Positions 57,082-64,000 of a stretch of 64,000 nt of DNA are shown here, in pieces. A program made the position numbers and the translations under genes. A model generated the notes under the pieces. It saw nothing but the letters and a program-made list of their open reading frames with translations, was not told the origin of the DNA and did not search any database. Source of the stretch: an uncultured Candidatus Saccharibacteria bacterium (GTDB lineage Bacteria > Patescibacteriota > Saccharimonadia > Saccharimonadales > Saccharimonadaceae). The DNA lies in NCBI GenBank assembly GCA_964444615.1, contig CAYUHY010000002.1, forward strand, positions 4,469 through 68,468, read 5' to 3'. Each line of letters starts with the position of its first letter. The first letter of the stretch is position 1.

Positions 57082-57171
57082 AATCGGCAGTATTATATTG
57101 ACAAATTGGTGATTTGGTAGGTTTGTGGCGTGGATTGGGTTCGTAGCGTTGTCAATATGATATTGCCGATT
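57082..57171 (-). promoter_or_regulatory. ~23-bp imperfect inverted repeat in the orphan E leader, immediately upstream of its RBS
   Basis: AATCGGCAGTATTATATTGACAA (57082-57104) pairs with TTGTCAATATGATATTGCCGATT (57149-57171). Confidence 0.55.
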
Positions 57172-57199
57172 AGCTCGGGGCATAAGGATGGAGTTGGCT

Positions 57200-57325
57200 G
57201 TGGTGACTGAAAATAGGGAGGGTATTTGACTGTATCAGGTAGAAATTTGACTATATGGGCTGGAAATAGGGAGGGATCTGATCGTATTAGCTGGAAATAA
57301 GGGGATTTGACCATATGGGCTGGGA
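57200..57325. repeat. Degenerate ~30-bp tandem repeats inside the orphan E leader
   Basis: GCTGGAAATAGGGAGGGAT...TTGACNATATGG-like units recur about 4 times. Confidence 0.6.
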
Positions 57326-57376
57326 TTTTACTTTTACCATTAAAAAACTTGGGGAGAAAAAACACCCCATATCTTC

Positions 57377-57405
57377 ATTATAGCACACTTTATGTAAAAA
57401 GTCAA
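57377..57405 (-). promoter_or_regulatory. Promoter of orphan E (implies ~325-nt leader)
   Basis: TTGACT, 17 nt, TGTGCTATAAT on the - strand. An ATG 6 nt after the -10 opens a 27-codon uORF. Confidence 0.6.
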
Positions 57406-57525
57406 TGGTTTTGCTGTGATCGTGGGATTGTTCTATAGTTTTTCTCAATAACTATGTTTTGATCTAGCTTTCTTGATAGAGGTAGCAGATTACGGATAGG
57501 GCAAAGCCTGTGATTATGGCTACTC

Positions 57526-60054
57526 CTAGCCCTCCCACACTGGTAAATCTTCAGGGAAAGGGTCAAAATCGGAGCCAAATTCGTCAAAATCACCGGTAGC
57601 ACTAGTCTCGATGATAGTGGGCTCGCTGGCAAAATCTGGTGAACCAGCAAAACTATTGTCGCCAGACAAATCCTGCGAACTAGTGAAGCTATTATCGCTA
57701 CCGCCAAATTCCCCATCCGGGTCGCCACCGAGGAGACCAAAGCTCTCGCTGCCACTATAAAATGCTCCGGATTCGCCAAAATTACCACTGCCGTAAGGTT
57801 CGTAGCCGAGCTCAAGCAAAAAGCGAGAGGGCGGATTGTAATTTCTGCCGCCAAAACTGTAGCGCGAGCCGGCAAAAGTGAGGAAAAGCTCTTGCATGGC
57901 GCGGGTCATACCAACGTAGGCTAGGCGGCGCTCTTCTTCGAGCTCGTCGGCGGAATCGTTGGAACGGCTGCTGGGGAAAAGCCCCTCCTCTAGGCCGACC
58001 ATGAAGACCACTGGAAATTCCAAGCCCTTGGCAGCATGCAGAGTCATCAGGGAGACAACGTTGTCGCCGGCTGATTCATCGGCGGAACTCAGCAATGCGG
58101 CGTCCTCCAGGAATTCTTCTAGTGTATCATAAACGCTAGCGTTGCTGGCGAGCACCTCGATATTTTGCATGCGCTCTTCCCCGTCGGGAGTGTCGGTGCG
58201 TAGGAGCATGCCAAAGTTAAACTCACTGACGATGCGCTCGATAATCTCGGCAGCGGTAATATTATGATCGGCGCGCATGGTCTGCAGGAATTTTTCTACC
58301 TTGCGGACGGCGCTGTCGGCACGAGCAGTGAGCTTGAGATCGCCCAAATCGGCGAGATTGTGCTCGGGATGCTCATTGAGGTAGCTAAAAATCTTATCTA
58401 CAGAAGCCGCCCCCACACCGGTCAGAATATTCTTGACCACCCGCTCGAAGCTGACGCGATCCAGCGGATTGACAATCAGTTTGAGCAGAGCCAGGACATC
58501 CTTCACCTCTTTGCGATCGTAAAAACGCACGCCACCGATGATTTTGTAGGGGATTTTTGCGGCGATAAAAGCTTTCTCAAAAGCGCTGGATTGAGCGTTG
58601 GTGCGATAAAGCACGGCGAAATCGCTGAAATTATGATACTTGGACTGGAGAAAGCGGATTTGGCGCGCAACGTAATTGGCTTCGGCGGTCTCGTCCAGCA
58701 CGCCCTCAATATTAACCGGATCACCATCACCGGACTCCGTAAAGAGCTTTTTCTCGGTACGGGTCTTGTTTTGATTGATGATTTTTTGGGAGGCGGCGAG
58801 AATATTGCCGGTACTGCGGTAGTTTTGCTCTAGCTTGATGACTTTGGCGCCGGGAAAATCGCGTTCAAAATTAAGAATATTGGTGAAATCTGCGCCCCGC
58901 CAAGAGTAAATCGACTGCCAGTCATCGCCAACCACGCAGATATTGCGCTGCTCATTGACCAGAGATTTGATGAGGCGATACTGGACGGAGTTGGTATCCT
59001 GATACTCGTCGATTAGAATATAACGGAATTTTTGCTGCCATTTTTGACGAACTTCGGCGTTCTTGGCAAACATGTCGGCGGTAATGGTGAGGAGATCGTC
59101 AAAGTCGAGAGCGTCGGCGGCGCGTTTCTCAGCCTCGTAGCGGGCATAGATCTCGGCGATTTTCTTCTGATTGGGGTAGTAAGCCTCGCGCTTGGCGTCA
59201 GAGACTTTGATGCCGTGATTTTGGTAATTGCTAATGGCGCTAAGGGCGTTCTTGGGGGTGAGAGATTTATCGCCGGTCATTTTGAGATCTTTCATGACGC
59301 GCCGAATCAGGGTGAGCTGATCGTCGGTGTCGTAGATGGTGAAATTCGCGCCCACGCCGGCGGCTTCGTGCTCGATATGCAAAATGCGCACGCAAATCCC
59401 ATGAAAAGTCCCCATGTAGGGCATAAAATTGCGGGGGCACTGGGTCGTTTCGGGGTTCGCGGCTTCGGGGGATAGGGAGGCAGAAGTGCTGGCGGGATTT
59501 TGCGGGTTTTCGGAGGCCTGGGAGTTTTCTGTAATTGCGGAGATTTTGACGTTTTCCGCGTTTTCGGGGTTTTCGGGAGTTTGGAGCGTAAAAGTAGCGT
59601 TTTTGGCTAATCCGCTAGAGGTTTTTTGCATTTTAAGGCCATTTTTAGACGATTCTAGCGATTTTGGGCCCGAAGTGCTGTCTGACGGCGCTTGAAAATT
59701 AGAGGGGCCTTGCAGGGCATCCTCGCAAGCATTACCGGGATTCTGAAGCTGTTCAACATTGATGCGTAGACCAGATAGACCTTGACTACGATCACGTTGC
59801 TCGCGAAGAGCGTTTTTGCGCTGCGCCTCGAGGAGCTTCCAGAGGCGAGTACGCATTTCTTTGGCGGCTTTGTTGGTAAAAGTGACGGCCAAAATCTGGT
59901 CTGGGCGCGTGCCGTGAGCGATAAGATTAGCAATGCGATGCGTGAGGACCTTGGTTTTACCCGATCCAGCCCCGGCCAACACTAAAACGGGACCTTCTAG
60001 TGTCTCGACTGCCTCCTGCTGGGGAGGATTCAAACCTCGCACGATTGCATCCAT
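57526..60054 (-). CDS. pcrA: ATP-dependent DNA helicase PcrA/UvrD with ~140-aa low-complexity insertion and Gly/Ser/Asp/Phe-rich tail
   Basis: AGAGSGKTKVLTHRIA, TFTNKAAKEM, ILIDEYQDTN and VSLMTLHAAKGLEFPVVF. Start at ATG 60054, 6 nt after TGCTATAAT (60061-60072). Confidence 0.9.
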   Translation of the reverse strand: MDAIVRGLNPPQQEAVETLEGPVLVLAGAGSGKTKVLTHRIANLIAHGTRPDQILAVTFTNKAAKEMRTRLWKLLEAQRKNALREQRDRSQGLSGLRINVEQLQNPGNACEDALQGPSNFQAPSDSTSGPKSLESSKNGLKMQKTSSGLAKNATFTLQTPENPENAENVKISAITENSQASENPQNPASTSASLSPEAANPETTQCPRNFMPYMGTFHGICVRILHIEHEAAGVGANFTIYDTDDQLTLIRRVMKDLKMTGDKSLTPKNALSAISNYQNHGIKVSDAKREAYYPNQKKIAEIYARYEAEKRAADALDFDDLLTITADMFAKNAEVRQKWQQKFRYILIDEYQDTNSVQYRLIKSLVNEQRNICVVGDDWQSIYSWRGADFTNILNFERDFPGAKVIKLEQNYRSTGNILAASQKIINQNKTRTEKKLFTESGDGDPVNIEGVLDETAEANYVARQIRFLQSKYHNFSDFAVLYRTNAQSSAFEKAFIAAKIPYKIIGGVRFYDRKEVKDVLALLKLIVNPLDRVSFERVVKNILTGVGAASVDKIFSYLNEHPEHNLADLGDLKLTARADSAVRKVEKFLQTMRADHNITAAEIIERIVSEFNFGMLLRTDTPDGEERMQNIEVLASNASVYDTLEEFLEDAALLSSADESAGDNVVSLMTLHAAKGLEFPVVFMVGLEEGLFPSSRSNDSADELEEERRLAYVGMTRAMQELFLTFAGSRYSFGGRNYNPPSRFLLELGYEPYGSGNFGESGAFYSGSESFGLLGGDPDGEFGGSDNSFTSSQDLSGDNSFAGSPDFASEPTIIETSATGDFDEFGSDFDPFPEDLPVWEG

Positions 60055-60198
60055 TACCTCATTATAGCACGATTCGCTTGAGAGGAAAGGCAAAAATCAG
60101 AGATTTTACTTCTTAGCACCAAAGTGAACTCTAGTATTCCAACGGGCGACTGATTTAGGTCAAAAGAGGTGATTTTTTGCTACAATCGAGATTTATAT

Positions 60199-61428
60199 TT
60201 ATTTTTTGCGCCAATCGAGGCCACGTTTGTGACGGAGGTGAATCAAATAATAGCAGACCCCTAACTGTACGGCCAAGACTAATGCCGAAGCGCCCAACAT
60301 GGCGCCAATGCCAAAATCGTACATGCGCCCACAGATAAACATACCTAGCGCCTCGCCAAGATAAGAGATGACATTGCGAAAAGTGCCGTATTTGAGCTGG
60401 TGGCGATTATCAATAGCATTGATATAATAGCCGTCGCTGACATCCTCATAGGCGGTGGCGCTGAGCAGAGCCCAGATAAAGGCGATAAAGCATAGGAACA
60501 TATTATCCGTCAAGACGGCGACCGTAAAGGCGACCAAGCGCAGGCCGAATTTAAGCGTGATAGTAACGTAATCATTGCGCGGAGTGAAATATTTGAGGGC
60601 AAAAATACCAATCATATCCGCAATGAGCCCGACCACGAGCAGGCAGTTCGTAGCTACGCTAGGGGTAAAGTCAAAGATATTGGTAAGCACAAGCATTTTA
60701 AGGCCCACGGCAGCCTGGAACGAGACCGACGAGAGGAAGTTATAGACCATGTAGACCTGCTGGACGCGATTGCGCATGGCGATTTTGACGACCGGGAGAG
60801 GCTTGGCGGGCGAACGGCTTTGGGTGAGTTCGACCTCGAGCTGATACATGATAATAATAGAGACGACGAGAAAAGCGGCCGCCACCAGCAAACAGCCATT
60901 GTAGTCGAAGAGCCAGTTACCGAGATGGTGGCCAATTAGGACACCGCCAACCAAAATACCGAGGTCGCGGAAAAGATATTCCACGAGTTTGCGGCGGCTG
61001 TAGGCTTTATTGCTCTTCATTACCGTAGTAAGGAGCGGGTACAGGCTGGTAAAGATAATGTAAGCGGTAGCGACGTCAATGGATATACAGATAGTAATGA
61101 CCGCGGTGTTTCCCTCCATATTGAGGCAAAAAAGCGCGAGTAAGTTCAAAAATCGACCCATCAAGGCGACGGTGACGAGATTTTTGATTTGGGGCATTTT
61201 GATGAATTTGCCCACAATCACAATAGCACCCACGCCGATGAGCATGCTTAAGCTGAGAATATTACTGATTTGGGGCGCACTAAAGCCATTAGCTTCGAGC
61301 CAAAGCTGGCGGAAATTTTCCCAAAGCCCAGTAGAAATACTGACAAAAGCGATCATGGTCAAAATTTGGCGTTCCAAGCGCTTCCACTTTGGCGCGGGAG
61401 TACGATGCTGTTTCCATTTTTCGATCAT
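60199..61428 (-). CDS. MFS-type transporter
   Basis: About 12 hydrophobic helices. The first ATG (61437) lies only 1 nt from the TATAAT at 61439-61444, so ATG 61428 (10 nt after the -10) is preferred. This start choice is uncertain. Confidence 0.6.
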   Translation of the reverse strand: MIEKWKQHRTPAPKWKRLERQILTMIAFVSISTGLWENFRQLWLEANGFSAPQISNILSLSMLIGVGAIVIVGKFIKMPQIKNLVTVALMGRFLNLLALFCLNMEGNTAVITICISIDVATAYIIFTSLYPLLTTVMKSNKAYSRRKLVEYLFRDLGILVGGVLIGHHLGNWLFDYNGCLLVAAAFLVVSIIIMYQLEVELTQSRSPAKPLPVVKIAMRNRVQQVYMVYNFLSSVSFQAAVGLKMLVLTNIFDFTPSVATNCLLVVGLIADMIGIFALKYFTPRNDYVTITLKFGLRLVAFTVAVLTDNMFLCFIAFIWALLSATAYEDVSDGYYINAIDNRHQLKYGTFRNVISYLGEALGMFICGRMYDFGIGAMLGASALVLAVQLGVCYYLIHLRHKRGLDWRKK

Positions 61429-61637
61429 TTTGCCCATTATTATACTATTTTAACATAAAAAGAATCAAACACAAAAGTGAGTGAGTTGGCTTTGTTGCAT
61501 TTTTTATCAGAGACAGATGTTGCAAAAATCAATACAAATGGAATGGAATAGATAATTATGCAGCAATATCGAGAATCGTTTTGTATTTTTTTGCCAGATG
61601 GATATGCAGTAAAGGGCTTGTGAAGAGTGCAGTAAAA

Positions 61638-61658
61638 ATGTTGTAACAATTACAACAT
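61638..61658. repeat. Palindrome family copy P7 (ATGTTGTAACAATTACAACAT)
   Basis: Perfect 9-bp arms with loop CAA. It lies 60 nt downstream of the orphan F stop and upstream of the MFS promoter. Confidence 0.9.
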
Positions 61659-61718
61659 TTTATGAAATGGTTAGGGCGGCCAAATTGGTCGCCCCTAGAG
61701 TCATGGTGGTCGCTCGCG

Positions 61719-61940
61719 CTACGGCTGCTGGTATTTGTAATCTTCAGAAAAACAATCTTCCAGCAAGGCGGCTATTTCGGCCCGGGTACGACGTCTGATA
61801 ATCGGCCGGCATTCTCGTGGCGGAAAATTCCACGGCTCAAAAACGCTGGGTAAGTCCTGAGGGTAAACCCCGTAGAATTCCATTACGCTCATGTCTTCGC
61901 GCAAAGGCAATCCCGAGGGCGCATACTGCAGTTTCTGCAT
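61719..61940 (-). CDS. Hypothetical small protein, orphan cassette F (73 aa)
   Basis: AAAGGAG RBS lies 8 nt before ATG 61940. TGCTATAAT -10 at 61973-61981, right after the alaS stop. G+C-rich. Confidence 0.5.
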   Translation of the reverse strand: MQKLQYAPSGLPLREDMSVMEFYGVYPQDLPSVFEPWNFPPRECRPIIRRRTRAEIAALLEDCFSEDYKYQQP

Positions 61941-61998
61941 AAGGTACACTCCTTTCGGTTGAAGTTACCTTAATTATAGCATTAAATGTGGCGGAAAG

Positions 61999-63885
61999 CT
62001 AATGGTTGCTTAGAATTGCTTTGATGCGGCGCACGCCGGCAGAAGAGGATTCTTCTTTGGTGATTTTGAATTCACCCAGCTCGCCGGTGCGTTCTACATG
62101 CGGGCCACCACAAATTTCGATGGAAATTGGTGCTTCCCCGTCCTTGCCGATGGTATAGACGGTAACTTTGTCGGGGTAGCGATCGCGGAACGAGCCGTGG
62201 GCATGCAATTCATCAAAAGCATAATCTTTGTCATATTCGGCATGCTGGACAGGATAATCGGCCTGGATCCATTGATTGACTCGATCCTCGACTTTTTGGA
62301 GTTCTTCGGGAGTTAATTTATGATCGATATTAAAGTCAAAGCGCAAACGCTCCGGGGTGAGATTGCTGCCTTTTTGATTGATATTGGAGTCAATTTCTTG
62401 CTGCAAAGCCGCCAGTAGCAGGTGGCAAGCGGTGTGATATTTGACGGTCTGATCGCTAGTGTCCGAGAGACCGCCCTTAAACATGCCTTTAGAAGCGGTC
62501 TTGCTGCGATTGCGCTGTTCTTCGAGAGCGGCGGCAAATTCGTCCTGATAATTATCCGAGAGGCGCAAGTTGAGCTTGTAGGCTTCTTCCACGCTGAGCT
62601 CGAGTGGAAAACCGTAAGTATCTTGCAGCTTAAAGAGCTCGGCGCCGGTGAGTAATTGATCTCTGCCCATTTTTTCTAATTCTTTGACACCCTTGTTAAT
62701 GGTCTTACGGAAAGCATTTTCTTCTTTGGTCAAGACCTCGAGGACGTTTTTGCGATTTGGCAAAATATCATCGGAAAGTTCTTGATAATTCTCGGCAATG
62801 ATGGGGATAATTTGCTCTAAGAAATCTTGGCCAATACCAAGGTCGAGGGCTTTGAGTACGGCACGGCGGACCAAACGACGCAAAGCATAACCTTGAGCCT
62901 TATTTGATGGCGTCAAGCCTTGGGCGGCCAGCAAGTAGGCGCCACGTAAATGATCGGCGATGATGCGCATTTCGTCGGTATTATTATCGTAATTTTTGTG
63001 CGAAATTTCTTCGAGTTTACTAATAATTGGCTGCATTAAAGAAATCTTGAAAACGTCAAAACTCCCCATCGCAGCAGCCGCTAGACGCTCCAAGCCGCCG
63101 CCGAAATCGACATTTTTTTGCTCCAGTTCAGAGAAACTGCCGTCCTCATTGCGCTTGTATTGCATGAAAACTTGGTTGCCAATTTCCATAAAACGGGCGC
63201 CGTCGCTAGCGGGATGGGATTTGCCATATTTCTCAACATCCTGCTTGTCTTCGCCAAAATCATAGAAAACTTCTGAATCCGGTCCACAAGGATCGCCCAA
63301 CGGAGTGGTATCAATGCCACCGCCGCGGCTCCACCAGTTTTCCTTGTCATCGTAGAAGAAGATGCGCTCGCCTGGCAAAATGCCCCGCCGATCACCATTC
63401 TCAGCACTGCCGATTTCGGCAATTTTGGCATCAATACCGGCCTTAGCGAAGACTTTTTGCCAAATCTCCGCGGCCTCGGTGTCTTTAGGAATGCCATGTT
63501 TCTCATCACCAATAAAGCAGGTCACAAAAATCTTTTCGGGATCCAAACCGATTTCTTTGGTGAGAAATTCAAAGTAATTTTCGATCTGCTCGGCTTTGAA
63601 ATAATCGCCCAAAGACCAGTTACCTAGCATCTCAAAAACGGTAGTGTGGCGCGGATCGCCCACATCTTCGATATCCTGCAAGCGCATGCTGGGTTGAGAG
63701 TCCGTCAGACGTTTCCCTTCTGGGTGCGGCTGACCCAACAGATGCGGCAATAACGGTTGCATACCAGAGCCGGTGAACAAAGTGGTAGGGTCATTTTCGA
63801 GCACGAGAGGCGCAGGAGGAATGACTTTGTGACCATGCTTTTCTTGGAATTGTAGAAACTTTTGACGGATTTCGTTTGCGTTCAT
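61999..63885 (-). CDS. alaS: Alanine--tRNA ligase, short form lacking the C-Ala domain
   Basis: 628 aa. N-terminal class II core (FTGSGMQP, FEMLGNWSLGDYFK) and editing-domain HTACHLL and CGGPHV motifs. The protein ends ~35 aa after the latter. ATG lies 8 nt after TGTGCTATAAT (63893-63904). Confidence 0.85.
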   Translation of the reverse strand: MNANEIRQKFLQFQEKHGHKVIPPAPLVLENDPTTLFTGSGMQPLLPHLLGQPHPEGKRLTDSQPSMRLQDIEDVGDPRHTTVFEMLGNWSLGDYFKAEQIENYFEFLTKEIGLDPEKIFVTCFIGDEKHGIPKDTEAAEIWQKVFAKAGIDAKIAEIGSAENGDRRGILPGERIFFYDDKENWWSRGGGIDTTPLGDPCGPDSEVFYDFGEDKQDVEKYGKSHPASDGARFMEIGNQVFMQYKRNEDGSFSELEQKNVDFGGGLERLAAAAMGSFDVFKISLMQPIISKLEEISHKNYDNNTDEMRIIADHLRGAYLLAAQGLTPSNKAQGYALRRLVRRAVLKALDLGIGQDFLEQIIPIIAENYQELSDDILPNRKNVLEVLTKEENAFRKTINKGVKELEKMGRDQLLTGAELFKLQDTYGFPLELSVEEAYKLNLRLSDNYQDEFAAALEEQRNRSKTASKGMFKGGLSDTSDQTVKYHTACHLLLAALQQEIDSNINQKGSNLTPERLRFDFNIDHKLTPEELQKVEDRVNQWIQADYPVQHAEYDKDYAFDELHAHGSFRDRYPDKVTVYTIGKDGEAPISIEICGGPHVERTGELGEFKITKEESSSAGVRRIKAILSNH

Positions 63886-64000
63886 AATAATATATTATAG
63901 CACAGATATGAGGAAGGGTGGGAAGATTTTTTGAGCCTATATAAGGAGAGTATGCTTGCAGATGGAATGGCGTGAGGTTTTGACGGGAAGTTGGGGGGGG

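Noticed and set aside
57200-57325. Possible CRISPR array (also 38010-38170)
   Set aside because: The repeats are degenerate and contiguous, without unique spacers of constant length. There are no cas genes in the window.
57093-57365. 90-aa ORF in the orphan E leader as a real protein
   Set aside because: It starts at GTG, is generated by the tandem repeats (PAHMVK.../PAHIVK...) and has no RBS. The shorter leaderless 27-codon uORF is the only plausible translated element, and even that is speculative.
1-64000. Alternative genetic code (UGA recoding, as in some CPR lineages)
   Set aside because: Housekeeping ORFs (uvrA 959 aa, pheT 857 aa, pcrA 842 aa) are full length and uninterrupted under the standard code, and several end at TGA.

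Overview
This 64-kb window comes from a compact, Gram-positive-type bacterial genome read with the standard genetic code. Gene content, promoter style and small operons suggest a Patescibacteria/CPR (Saccharibacteria-like) organism, but that assignment is inference only.

The backbone is housekeeping:
- Six aminoacyl-tRNA synthetase genes: hisS, glyQS, pheS, pheT, metG and a short alaS.
- DNA repair genes: uvrA, pcrA/uvrD, recO, xseAB, sbcB and rarA.
- Ribosomal genes rpsJ and rpmA, plus rsmA, ppa and trxB.
- A five-gene cell-wall operon: Mur ligase, alpha/beta hydrolase, DegT aminotransferase and two FemAB paralogs.
- An LtaS-like enzyme, an FtsA-like protein, two two-component systems, an ABC exporter, an MFS transporter and a MIP channel.

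No rRNA, tRNA, CRISPR array, transposase or integrase was seen.

The main finding is a diversity-generating-retroelement (DGR) style template/variable-repeat set at 50.7-53.8 kb.
- A non-coding, AAC-codon-rich template repeat (53462-53641) has its own promoter.
- It matches two regions of a 768-aa secreted protein with tandem FISUMP/C-type-lectin-like domains.
- The mismatches fall mostly on template adenines.
- No reverse transcriptase or Avd ORF is present anywhere in the window.

Other recurring signals:
- A 21-bp perfect palindrome (ATGTTGTAA-N3-TTACAACAT) occurs 7 times, including once in frame inside pheT.
- A strong promoter consensus (TTGACT-N17-TGTGCTATAAT) sits 6-10 nt from the ATG of many genes, implying leaderless mRNAs. 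It also produces artefactual MCYN N-termini in the ORF track.
- Seven comparatively G+C-rich orphan genes are wedged between housekeeping genes as self-contained promoter/terminator cassettes, several with long structured leaders.
- There are several candidate small or structured RNAs, and degenerate G/T-rich repeats that also appear as in-frame low-complexity insertions in essential enzymes.
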